Positions 46,162 to 56,300 of a stretch of DNA of 64,000 bases are shown in pieces; position 1 is the first letter of the stretch, and each line of letters begins with the position of its first letter. The position numbers and the translations under genes were made by a program. Under the pieces are notes generated by a model, which had not been told where the DNA came from, ran no database searches, and saw only the letters and a list, made by a program, of their open reading frames with translations. This DNA comes from Nitrosopumilus sp. (GTDB taxonomy: Bacteria > Bacteroidota > Bacteroidia > Flavobacteriales_D > Sanyastnellaceae), in contig CAXQGL010000056.1 in assembly GCA_964223495.1 (NCBI GenBank), positions 13,887 through 77,886 of the forward strand. Direction: 5' to 3'.

Positions 46162-47481
46162 ATGGAAGGCCCTGGTGTCCATGACCCGCTGCTGGAGCTG
46201 TTCGATCAATCGAATGGCGTCACGACCGACTCCCGTCGATGCGGGCCGGGGCTGCTGTACATCGCATTGAAAGGGGAACGATTCGATGGCAATGCCTTTG
46301 CACTCGAGGCCATCAGGAAGGGCTGCATCGCCGCCGTGGTGGACGACCCCGCCGTGACGGGGGAACACCTGATCCACGTTCCGGATGGTCTGGACGCCCT
46401 CCAGCAGCTCGCACGGTCACACCGCCGGCGTTTCCAGGCGCCGGTATTCGGACTGACGGGAAGCAACGGAAAGACCACGACCAAGGAGCTCATCCGCGCG
46501 GTGATCGGGCAGGAATTGAAGGTTCACGCCACGCAAGGCAACCTCAACAACCACATCGGTGTGCCCCTCACCCTGCTCTCCATTCCGGTCGATACGGAGT
46601 TCGCCCTGATTGAAATGGGTGCCAACCACCAAGGAGAAATTGCAGCACTGTGCACCATCGCAGAACCCACATTCGGCATGATCACCAATGTGGGTCTGGC
46701 CCATCTGGAGGGGTTTGGCGGGGTTGAAGGGGTCAAAAAGGGAAAGCAGGAACTCTACCGTCACCTCGCCTCGAAAGGGGGCACTGCATTTGTCCACGCT
46801 GCCGACCCCGACCTCATCGCGCTGTCCAACCTGGAGGGCTTGGAACGACTGCCGTATGGAACTCCGAACGCCCCCCCTCACGCATGGCGCAGCGCCGGGA
46901 GCGTCGACGCCCCCATCTATTGGTCGGATTCGGCCGGTGCAGTCCCCGGACCTTGGCACGATGGTCGGGGGGCCCTCGAAGTCCACCTGCATGGAGAGCA
47001 CCAACTGGCCAACATGCAGGCTGCCATTGCCGTCGGGGTGCACTTCGGGGTTTCACCCGGCGCCATCAATGCCGCACTCGGTGCCTTCCTTCCCGTGGAC
47101 CAGCGGGGAGAAACGGTGACAACGGGGCGGAATACCGTGATCGTGGACTGCTACAACGCCAATCCGAGTTCGGTGGAATCCACCCTGCGCGCATTCGCTT
47201 CGGCGGGTCACGAGGCCCCCCTGGCCATATTGGGAGACATGAAGGAGCTGGGAAGCCATGCAGCCCACGGCCACCGCATGGTGCGGGATGTGGCACGGGA
47301 ATGTGCCGTGGAATGCTGGGTGGTGGGACACGACTTCGCCGCACATGCTCCTGGTGACCGGACCTTCGAGGATGTGGACGCCTTGCGGTCCGCCCTCGTG
47401 GAGGAGGGCATCGAAGGAAGGACCATACTCTTGAAGGGCTCGCGTTCCATGCGCATGGAAGCCCTCGTGGAAGACCTCTGA
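46162..47481 (+). CDS. murF: UDP-N-acetylmuramoyl-tripeptide--D-alanyl-D-alanine ligase
   Basis: Trimmed to ATG 46162. [26 protein letters not shown] and P-loop [13 protein letters not shown]. Confidence 0.88.
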   Translation: MEGPGVHDPLLELFDQSNGVTTDSRRCGPGLLYIALKGERFDGNAFALEAIRKGCIAAVVDDPAVTGEHLIHVPDGLDALQQLARSHRRRFQAPVFGLTGSNGKTTTKELIRAVIGQELKVHATQGNLNNHIGVPLTLLSIPVDTEFALIEMGANHQGEIAALCTIAEPTFGMITNVGLAHLEGFGGVEGVKKGKQELYRHLASKGGTAFVHAADPDLIALSNLEGLERLPYGTPNAPPHAWRSAGSVDAPIYWSDSAGAVPGPWHDGRGALEVHLHGEHQLANMQAAIAVGVHFGVSPGAINAALGAFLPVDQRGETVTTGRNTVIVDCYNANPSSVESTLRAFASAGHEAPLAILGDMKELGSHAAHGHRMVRDVARECAVECWVVGHDFAAHAPGDRTFEDVDALRSALVEEGIEGRTILLKGSRSMRMEALVEDL

Positions 47482-47522
47482 CAGCGGCTCCGGGCCGACC
47501 GGGCGCCGTATCTTTCGGGCCC

Positions 47523-48800
47523 ATGGATTTCATTGCCGAATTGAAGTGGCGCGGGCTCCTGCACGACGCCATGCCGGGACTCGAGGAGCAGCTCGCGAAA
47601 GAACAGACCACGGGCTATGTCGGATTCGACCCTACGGCCGACTCCCTGCACATCGGCAACCTCGTACCCGTGATGCTCCTGGTCCACCTGCAAAGGGCAG
47701 GTCACAGGCCGATTGCGCTGGTCGGTGGTGCCACGGGCATGGTGGGAGACCCCAGCGGAAAGACCGCCGAAAGGCAGTTTCTCGATCTGGACACATTGCA
47801 GCACAACCTGGCCTGCCAGAAGGCCCAGTTGGAGCGCTTCCTCGATTTCGACGGTCCCGCAGGAGCAAGGGTGGTCAACAACTTCGACTGGTTCAAGGAC
47901 TTCAGTTTCCTCGACTTCATCCGGGACGTCGGCAAGCACATCACCGTCAATTACATGACCGCCAAGGACTCTGTGAAGAACCGCCTCGAAGGTGGCATGA
48001 GCTTCACTGAATTCAGCTATCAGCTGGTCCAGGGATACGACTTCTACCACCTGTGGAAGGAGCACGGCTGCATGCTGCAGATGGGCGGAAGCGACCAATG
48101 GGGCAACATGACGACTGGAACCGAACTGATTCGTCGCAAGGGACAGGGTCATGCCTTCGCACTGACGGCACCGCTGATCACCAAGGCCGACGGATCCAAA
48201 TTCGGGAAGAGCGAAGGTGGCAATGTCTGGATTGACAAGGCACGGACCAGCGCCTACAAATTCTACCAGTATTGGATCAATGCGGCGGACGAGGATGCGG
48301 CCCGGTACATCCGGATCTTCACCCTGCTCGATGAAGCGCGCATCAACGAGATCGAGGCGGCACATGCCGAGAATCCCGGTGCCCGCCTGCTGCAAAAAGA
48401 GCTCGCGGCCGATGTGACCCGGCGCATCCACGGAGAGGAGGACCTCGATACGGCACTGGCTGCCACGGCACTCCTGTTCGGAAAGAGCACAGAGTCCGAT
48501 CTCCGGGCCCTGCCCGAGAGTGAATTGCTGAGTGTCTTCGAAGGTGTGCCGCAACGCGAGGTCGACCGCGACGCCCTTTCTTCCGGCATGGGCATCATCG
48601 ACCTCCTTGCAGGGGGAGACTCACCGTTCCTGTCGAGCGGTGGCGAGGCCCGCAGGGCCCTGAAGGAAAACTCCGTCAGCTTGAACCGCAACAAGGTGGA
48701 TGCCAACCGGACCGTGACGTTGGACGATTGCATCGGCTCGGGATTGATCCTGCTGCAGCGGGGCAAGAAGAACTACTACCTCGTCCGGGCCGTGAATTGA
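47523..48800 (+). CDS. tyrS: Tyrosine--tRNA ligase
   Basis: HIGH motif (SLHIGNL), KMSKS motif (KFGKS), and a C-terminal S4-like domain. Confidence 0.95.
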   Translation: MDFIAELKWRGLLHDAMPGLEEQLAKEQTTGYVGFDPTADSLHIGNLVPVMLLVHLQRAGHRPIALVGGATGMVGDPSGKTAERQFLDLDTLQHNLACQKAQLERFLDFDGPAGARVVNNFDWFKDFSFLDFIRDVGKHITVNYMTAKDSVKNRLEGGMSFTEFSYQLVQGYDFYHLWKEHGCMLQMGGSDQWGNMTTGTELIRRKGQGHAFALTAPLITKADGSKFGKSEGGNVWIDKARTSAYKFYQYWINAADEDAARYIRIFTLLDEARINEIEAAHAENPGARLLQKELAADVTRRIHGEEDLDTALAATALLFGKSTESDLRALPESELLSVFEGVPQREVDRDALSSGMGIIDLLAGGDSPFLSSGGEARRALKENSVSLNRNKVDANRTVTLDDCIGSGLILLQRGKKNYYLVRAVN

Positions 48801-48812
48801 TTCTTTTCGGCA

Positions 48813-49862
48813 TCAGCCGAACAGTGCGGCCATGTCCCTCCCCTCCACGAGGTAGAGGAAGACGACGAGCAGGACGCTGATGACTAGACCAAGCGTGGCC
48901 TTTCCCAGGTCGCCGAGCACCATGGGCCACACCTTGGTGCGGTCCAATTCATGCAGGCGCATGCGAAGCGCAACCTCGCGACCGGCCAACATGCCCAAGA
49001 AGACCCACGTGGTGCTCATCGGCACCTTGGCTCCGATTCCGAACGTATCGAACTTGAAGGTCAGCAGCACCAGACCGTAGAAGAGGTCAATGAAGGTGGC
49101 GGAGCGGATGTCCGAGGTGTTGGTCTTGACCCGGACGATTTTCTGGATCTCCCCCCCACGCTGGTAGAAGATGTAGCCCAGCATGCCGATCAGCACGGTC
49201 AGGGCGAAGGCGAACTTCCACATTTGGACTTCGGCGGGATCTCCCAGATAGACAAGGATGTTGACCAGATCCTGTGTCAGCCACTGGCTCCACAGGAAGC
49301 CGGTGGCCATCCATTGCAGCGCCGTCCAGAAGCGCTTGTCCTGCATGAGGCCATGGCCATCCTTCATCGGATGTTGCAGAAAGAAGCGCTCGGTCAGGCG
49401 ACTCAATGCCACAAAGGCGAGGATGGCAAAGAGAAAGGCGACCCCGTATCCCCCGAGACTCTTCACCAGCATCTTGGGCAGGGCCTTGGGCGCGAAAAAG
49501 GTGAGGACCAGGAAGGTCGTGCTCACCGGGATGCCCAGCCTTGTGATGGCGAGCAGCGCCAACGGCGGCAGGATGTACCAAATCGTGATGCGGGGGAAAT
49601 CGATCGGCTTGTCCGGGTCCTGGAACAGCCCGGCGTATTTGCCGAAGGTGAGGTCTCCTCCCCTGCCTCCGAGGTATTCACCGAGACCGAGGTAACCCAT
49701 GGTGACCACGATGGCCATGATGCCGCCCGCAAAGAGCCAGAGCAACCACCACGGCTTGTCCTCATTCGAGGTCAGAAAAGTGCCGAGGGTCTGAATGCTG
49801 TCGTTGCCCACCACGGAATAGGCCGCGAGGCTGAATCCAAGCAAGGCAATCACGGATTCCAT
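48813..49862 (-). CDS. Polytopic membrane protein, possibly distantly PiT/PHO4-like
   Basis: About 9-10 TM segments. The N-terminal VVGNDSIQTLGTF is reminiscent of the PiT GANDVAN motif. The assignment is tentative. Confidence 0.4.
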   Translation of the reverse strand: MESVIALLGFSLAAYSVVGNDSIQTLGTFLTSNEDKPWWLLWLFAGGIMAIVVTMGYLGLGEYLGGRGGDLTFGKYAGLFQDPDKPIDFPRITIWYILPPLALLAITRLGIPVSTTFLVLTFFAPKALPKMLVKSLGGYGVAFLFAILAFVALSRLTERFFLQHPMKDGHGLMQDKRFWTALQWMATGFLWSQWLTQDLVNILVYLGDPAEVQMWKFAFALTVLIGMLGYIFYQRGGEIQKIVRVKTNTSDIRSATFIDLFYGLVLLTFKFDTFGIGAKVPMSTTWVFLGMLAGREVALRMRLHELDRTKVWPMVLGDLGKATLGLVISVLLVVFLYLVEGRDMAALFG

Positions 49863-49908
49863 GGTGGCGCGAAACTAGTTTCCGGGATGAAGGATGCCAA
49901 GCATCGGG

Positions 49909-51036
49909 CTAGGCAATGAGCAAATTGCATCCACGGACTTCCGCATCGTCGAAGCGTCCGAGGATTTCGAAACTCCCGGCGGGAATTTCATCGCCTTCGA
50001 CGAAGCGTCCCAGATCCCGGGTGGAGAGGAAGGCACAACTGCCCAGATTGGCCAGGTCCAAGATGTCCACGCCGCCCGTGCCTCCTTTTGCAGCGCCGGT
50101 CAAAGGGTCATCCGTCCTTCTGATCCGCACCCGCATCCAATGCGGTGTCCCGTACAGCCCACCTTCGAGCGACCACGCCTGGCTCAGCAATTCGGTCATG
50201 CCGTATTCCCCGCCGATGCGCCCGGTTCCGAAGCCTTCGGACAATGTTGCCCTCACCCGCTCGGAAACCCACTCTTCCCTTCGGCCCTTCATGCCGCCTG
50301 TGACGATGATGTGGACGGCATCTCCGACGCCCTTCCGGCCCGAAGCCGACCAAGCCCGAGCAGCATCGACCAGCGCCCAGGTGACACCGATGAGCACCAC
50401 GGTCCGGCCCGCTGCCACGGCAGCCTCCATTGCCGTGAAAAGGCCTTCCACATTGTCCAGGAAAAAGCCTCCTTCCGGTGAGCCGTCCCGCTCACACCAC
50501 CCTGCATTCCTGAGCAACCCCACCATATGGACCAGGCTGCTGTCAGGCCGGTCGAGGTAACCTGGAAGGAGCCCGAACAACACAGCACCATCATCGGACG
50601 GTGGCCCGAAGATGGATTGGAATCCATGACACGCAGAGAGGCGATACAGGCCTGGCGTGTGCACATGGTGTACCCCTTGTCGAGAACCCGTGGTGCCGCT
50701 GGTCCTGAAAGTCAAGGGATCCAGTGATTCTCCAATGTCCCCGGTCCTGACGGTCTCCCATTTGAATGACTCCACGGGCATGGTCGGGATGTCCATCCAA
50801 TCCGCAGTGGCTGCCACCCGCTTTTCCGTCCAGCCGAGATGGCCGCACCAACGGCGATAGACCGGGTTGTGTCCGAACTGGTACTGGAAAATGTCGAGGG
50901 CGAGGGCACCGAACCGCTCCTCGGCTGACCCATCCTCCTCCGCGATGAACCGGCTCACCCGATGCCAAAGTGCCATCCCATCCGACGATCCGGTCGGGGT
51001 CACAACATCTTCCAAAGCGAAGTTCCTGCGGGCCAT
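49909..51036 (-). CDS. LuxE/PaaK-like acyl-protein synthetase / acyltransferase family protein
   Basis: Trimmed to ATG 51036. FQYQFGHNPVYRRWCGHLG...IPTMPVESFKW...FRTSGTTGSRQGVHHV resembles flavobacterial LuxE-like proteins (adenylate-forming TSGTTG). Confidence 0.55.
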   Translation of the reverse strand: MARRNFALEDVVTPTGSSDGMALWHRVSRFIAEEDGSAEERFGALALDIFQYQFGHNPVYRRWCGHLGWTEKRVAATADWMDIPTMPVESFKWETVRTGDIGESLDPLTFRTSGTTGSRQGVHHVHTPGLYRLSACHGFQSIFGPPSDDGAVLFGLLPGYLDRPDSSLVHMVGLLRNAGWCERDGSPEGGFFLDNVEGLFTAMEAAVAAGRTVVLIGVTWALVDAARAWSASGRKGVGDAVHIIVTGGMKGRREEWVSERVRATLSEGFGTGRIGGEYGMTELLSQAWSLEGGLYGTPHWMRVRIRRTDDPLTGAAKGGTGGVDILDLANLGSCAFLSTRDLGRFVEGDEIPAGSFEILGRFDDAEVRGCNLLIA

Positions 51037-51066
51037 CGGCTGCAAATTGCGGCTTAATTTCCCATC

Positions 51067-51591
51067 ATGCACACTCCCTACGGACCGTCTTCGAGAGGAT
51101 TCAGGACCCCCCTCCTTCTTGTTGCAATGGCCGCAGTGCTGTTGGGATGCGAGCCCCCCGTATCGCTGCCCCCTGAGCCATCCCTCACCTCCATCGAGCT
51201 CATCATCGCCGGTGAATCGGGAACGCTGCTGCTCGGCTTCGAGGATGGTGACGGGAACTTCGGGCTCGAACAAGCGGACACCACGGAGGCCTTCTGCCCG
51301 GGTTGTCCCTTTCACCACAATGTCTTCTGCGACTATCAGGAATGGCGGGATGGTGCTTGGACCAGCATAGAACTGGACCCTGATTTAGGACAAGTCCCCT
51401 TCCATTACCGGGCACCGCTCGTAGCGCCCACCGGTCAGAACAAGGCACAGCGGGGGACCATCTCCGTCAGTCTGGAGCCCCGCTACTACCTGACATCCGC
51501 TTGGGACACCCTCCGCTTTGGTGTGCACATCGTGGACCGCGACCTTCAAGTGAGCAATACGCTGTACACGGCTCCGGTCACGAAGCCATGA
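51067..51591 (+). CDS. Hypothetical lipoprotein
   Basis: Lipobox LLLVAMAAVLLGC. No recognisable domain. Its 3' end overlaps the convergent Na/Pi gene by 14 nt. Confidence 0.5.
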   Translation: MHTPYGPSSRGFRTPLLLVAMAAVLLGCEPPVSLPPEPSLTSIELIIAGESGTLLLGFEDGDGNFGLEQADTTEAFCPGCPFHHNVFCDYQEWRDGAWTSIELDPDLGQVPFHYRAPLVAPTGQNKAQRGTISVSLEPRYYLTSAWDTLRFGVHIVDRDLQVSNTLYTAPVTKP

Positions 51592-53326
51592 AGATCTCCT
51601 TGTATTTGGAGGTCAGGATGCTCATCCTGAGCCCCACCTCCTCAAGCAGGTTCCCCATTTCGGTGAAGGCCATGCCGCTTTCCACCGAATAACGTCCCTT
51701 CCGGGCGTCCTCGAGGTTCTTGGCCCTCATTTGATCGCGGATGACGTTGGCACTGTCGAGGTGCAGCTCGACCCTATTCAGGTGGTCACGCGCCGATTTC
51801 CTGCCAAGCTCGACCGGGCCGTTCAATGGCCCCATGGCCTCGAGTGCCAGTTCCAGCTCCTCGAGCATGGAAAGCAGGCGATTCCGCTGTTTGGGTGCGA
51901 AGAACAAATCATTGCGCCCGCGCTCCATCTGGGCCTCAAGAAAGGTATGGAGGAGCTCCACGATCTGGCTGATGTCGGTGGACCACTCCAGCAGGAATTG
52001 GACCTGACGATAGGTTGCTCCCGAGATCTTGCTGCGTGCCAGACGTTCCAGAAAGGCCTTCACCTCCGATTCATAACGCCCGCTGAGGCTCTTGTATTCG
52101 GTGATCTGTTCGTAGGCCCGTTCGCGCTTTCCTCGGTCGATCATGGCCATCAAGAGGATGAGTTCCCGCGTCATCTTGATGCTCAATTCGTGGTGATGCT
52201 CGGCCTCCCGTTGCGCTTCCAATACCTGCAGCTCCGGGGCATCCATTGCGCTCACCGTCACCAAGGGCGACCGGAAATCGCGCACACCCTCTCCCGGAAT
52301 CAGCTTCCTCGAGATCCATAGGATCGGCTTGGGAAACAGGCCGAAAACCCCTGTAACCAGCAGATTGAACAGGGTATGGAACAGCGCGAGGACCACCGGC
52401 ACCTCAGCGGGCCCAGCACCGGAGGGCTCCAGAAACCAGTGCACCAGACCGAGGAAGGGCCCCAGCATCGGCAGGAAAATAGCCGCTCCAATAAGGTTGA
52501 TCAGGAGGTGTGCCGTGGCCACCCGGCGCGCCTCGCGCCCTGCCACCAATGAAGCCAGGATGGCGGTCGAGGTCGTGCCGATGTTGGCTCCGAGCACCAC
52601 AACGGCGCCTGTGAATTCGGAAACGACCCCTCCGGCGGCGAGCGTGATGATCAATGCCATCACGGCAGACGAGCTCTGCAATGCCGCCGTGGCCACGATG
52701 CCGATGAGCACCGCACCCATCACCGATCCGATTCCGCCCACCTTGATGAACTCCAGAAATTCCGCCAGGCCTGCCTCTGTGATGGGGGGCACGCCCTCCT
52801 TCAACAATCCGAGGCCCACAAACATGAGTGAGAACCCGATGATCGCTTCTCCCAATGTGCGGGTCCTGCGTCGCTTGAAGAAGAGCAGGGGCAACGCCAA
52901 GGCGAGCAAGGGCAGGGACAGGCCGGTCAAGGAAGGCTTGCTCAGGGACAGGGCGACCAGCCACCCGGTCACGGTCGTGCCCACATTGGCCCCCAGCAAA
53001 AGGAAAAAAGCCTCCGACAGGCGCATCAGTCCCACCTGGACGAAGCTGACTGCAATGACGGAGACGGCGCTGCTGGATTGCAGGAGGCCGGTCAGGGAGA
53101 GGCCGGCAAAATATGCGCGCTGCGGCTTGCGTGTCACCCTGCCGACGGCACGTCTCATGCGACTTCCGGTGAGCCTTTGCACCGAGCCGCTCATCACCAC
53201 CATGCCATATATGAACAGCCCCAGAGCCCCCAGTAGATTGAACGCTTGAATCAGGGTGGTCATGCCATCGGGTGGATTGATCTGGAACCTTGGATCATCT
53301 GAAAAGCCGGCCGTGAATGTCGTCAA
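51578..53326 (-). CDS. Na/Pi cotransporter family protein (NptA-like with a PhoU-like C-terminal domain)
   Basis: LLGALGLFIYGMVVMSGSVQRL, duplicated Na_Pi_cotrans-type TM repeats (GANIGTT), and a helical PhoU-like C-terminal half. Confidence 0.82.
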   Translation of the reverse strand: MTTFTAGFSDDPRFQINPPDGMTTLIQAFNLLGALGLFIYGMVVMSGSVQRLTGSRMRRAVGRVTRKPQRAYFAGLSLTGLLQSSSAVSVIAVSFVQVGLMRLSEAFFLLLGANVGTTVTGWLVALSLSKPSLTGLSLPLLALALPLLFFKRRRTRTLGEAIIGFSLMFVGLGLLKEGVPPITEAGLAEFLEFIKVGGIGSVMGAVLIGIVATAALQSSSAVMALIITLAAGGVVSEFTGAVVVLGANIGTTSTAILASLVAGREARRVATAHLLINLIGAAIFLPMLGPFLGLVHWFLEPSGAGPAEVPVVLALFHTLFNLLVTGVFGLFPKPILWISRKLIPGEGVRDFRSPLVTVSAMDAPELQVLEAQREAEHHHELSIKMTRELILLMAMIDRGKRERAYEQITEYKSLSGRYESEVKAFLERLARSKISGATYRQVQFLLEWSTDISQIVELLHTFLEAQMERGRNDLFFAPKQRNRLLSMLEELELALEAMGPLNGPVELGRKSARDHLNRVELHLDSANVIRDQMRAKNLEDARKGRYSVESGMAFTEMGNLLEEVGLRMSILTSKYKEIFMAS

Positions 53327-53380
53327 AAAGAAAAGGCGGCCCCTTGCGGCGCCGCCTTTCCAGATTCAAAATCCCGGAGC

Positions 53381-56300
53381 TTATTCGCAGTCGGTAGCGA
53401 ATGCACCGAGCAGGATCAGAAGGTCACTCACCGAGGTGGTGCCGTCGCCGTTCAAGTCAGTCGGACAAGGATTGGCCGTGGACACCTCACAAGTACCATC
53501 ATCAATCGTGGCGGTCTCGTCGTAATTGGTCGCCTCCGGATACGTGCAACCATAGCAATCATAATTGCAAGTGCCGTCATCGAAGAGTGCCTGGTCGGAG
53601 TAGTTGCATGCCTGACCATCCGTGCAGCCGAAGGCGGAGCTGTTGGCCGCTCCCGGGGTCCCGTTGTCGACCCAGCTGTTCTGCCAATTGTCCGGATCGT
53701 CGTTGTTCAGGTCAGTGGCGATCAGCTCGAGGGAAGCGCATCCGCCGTCTGGGCTCGCAGCAAGCACGTTGCCCAGGACACTGATCTCCTGTGACGGCCA
53801 CGGTGCGGCGTCGTCATAGGTCACGGCATCCACGATGTTGCCGTAGGCATCCTGAAGCTGGGCGGTGCCGCCGCCATTGCCCCAGTTTCCGTTGTCCATG
53901 AGGAAGGTCGTGATGCCCATGGCCTCGTAGTTCGACTGGGCCACCAGTCCCGGCACCACAAGGAAGTAGCTGTCCGCCGGAATGACCGTGCCCTCCGGGA
54001 AAGTCATGGCCAAGGAAATGGACGTGGGGTCGGAGAAGGCGAACCACACTTCGTAACCGCTGATGTCAGCCTCAGCACCGGCATTGTAGAACTCCGCGAA
54101 CTCCCAATCGAAATCACCGCCCTGAGCATCGCAGGGGTTGTAGTGGATCTCGTTGACGATGATGTTCGGGAGGGTATAGTAGCACAGGTCGTTGTCTGCC
54201 ACGGTGGCGCTGGCCTCGTAGTTGAGGGCGGTCGGGTCGGTGCACCCCGTGATGATGCAGCTGCCGTCGTCGGAGGTCGCGTCAGGGTTGTAGTTGTCCG
54301 CGGCGGGATCGGTGCAACCCGGGATGTTGGCACAGCTGCCATCGTCCTCGTTGGCCAGCGGCCAGTAGTTCGGGAAGGAAGCATCCGTGCAACCCAAGCG
54401 CACCACGTCGGTGGAGTCGCGGGGCTCGATCTTCCAGTTGCCGTATGCGTAGCCCGTCGGTGCGGTCACACGGTATGTGCGCCCCGCCTCGACGACGCCT
54501 GCTCCGAAAGCGTCATAGGCACGGTCATTGACCCGGGCTCCTCCCGAACCGTCGTTGACGGACCATTCCGCAAAACCGAGGTCGGGATTGTCGCATTCCG
54601 CCGTGACCGTGACGAGCACGGCCTCCCACTCCTCGAGGTTGACATCGCCTGTGGCGAGCACCTCCGCGGCAGGCAGTGGGTTGCCCGACGACAGCACCGT
54701 GATGGTCGGGTTGGGGAAGAAGTCGTTGCCGTACCAGCTGTCCGGCGAACCGGTGATCTCCACCTCATCGCCCACCATGACGTTGCCGATGGACTCGAGC
54801 GTATTGCCCGACCCGCGGACCCAGAAACCGGAGTAGGCACCCGTGCCATTCTGCATGGTGAAGGCAGCCTGGTTGCCGAAGGAACCGTCATCGGTCAGGT
54901 AAACCCCCGTCACGATGCCCGTGGTGGTCACGATGCCGGACGTCAGCCCCTCGTTGATCTCTTGAATGGTCACATTCGGAATGAACAGGCAGCTGCCGTC
55001 ATCCACCGTGGCCGTGGGGTCGTAGTTGAGGGCAAGCGGGTCGGTACAGCCTTCGGTATCGGCGGCGCAGAGGCCAGTGAAATCATGGCTGTTGTATCCT
55101 TCAAGCGCGTTGTTGAGCGCATAGTCATTGTCCAGGACAATCCACTGGCTGTCCTCGGCACTCGTGCCGGCGGAGGCAGCCCAATCGCCGCCGTTGCCGT
55201 AGGACACGTCGGACTTCCGGCGCAGGGTATGGTTCTGCGTGGCGTTGGTGACACCGGCCACGTCCCAACCGGAACCCGGATCCAGACCGTAGGGCTCACC
55301 GACCACGTCGATGAGTTCCCAGTCACCGCCGTTTCCGAAGGAGGCCGTGGCACTGTATATGAGGCCAATGGCATCGTCACCGTTGGAGATGTACTGCCAG
55401 GTCGCATCCGCGCTGTCGAGCAATGCTGGAGCAGCACTCGGGTGTACGATCAGGAACGTCTCCCCGGCGGCGATGGATCCTCCGGTGGGGAAGATGTCGT
55501 TCCAGAAATCCCAGGCTGCCGCCGCTGGATCGGTGTTGTTGGCACCATTGGATTGGTTGGCAATCGTGTAGAGCGCGAGACTCACCGGACCGTTGGTCGG
55601 GTTGTAGATCTCCAGATACTTGTTGTTCGATGAACCCTCGGCAATCTCACTGATGAACAGATCGCACGGCTCGCTGCCGGTGCACGATCCATCGTCGATG
55701 TCGGATCCCGGGGTGTAGTTGTCCGCGTTGGGCAACGTGCATCCGTAGAGGAGTACATCGGCCTCCTCGCGGGGAATCAACTTGTAGTTGCCAAAGCTGT
55801 AGTGCAGGGGAGCCGTCACCTGGAACTGGGCATTGATCAGCACCTCACCGGTGGCCTGATGATCCCAGCCGCGGTCGTCGACCCGCACCTCTCCCGAGGC
55901 GTCATCGATGCCCCACTCCCCGTTGCCGAGGTCAGGAGATGAAACGGCCCCGGTGGTCTGCACGAGCACACCTTCCCACTCTTCCATGTTGACGGCGGCG
56001 GTACCGAGCACCTCAGGGGTCGGCAGGTCATTGCCCTGGCTCAAGATGGCGGTGGTGATGGGATTGCCACCCACACCGACAATCTGCGTCAGGTCGAAGT
56101 ACTCATCAATCACACCGGTCAGGCTGACGAAGTCACCAACGGTAACGGCAACTTCCGGATTGAATCCGTAGATGCCGCTGTATGCGCCCTGTCCCTGCTG
56201 TACGCTGAACAGGCTGCCGTAGACACCCGTCACGATACCGCTGATGGTCACCAGGGAATCCGTAAACACCGGGGGCTCGAGGGCTTGGCCCTGCTGAATG

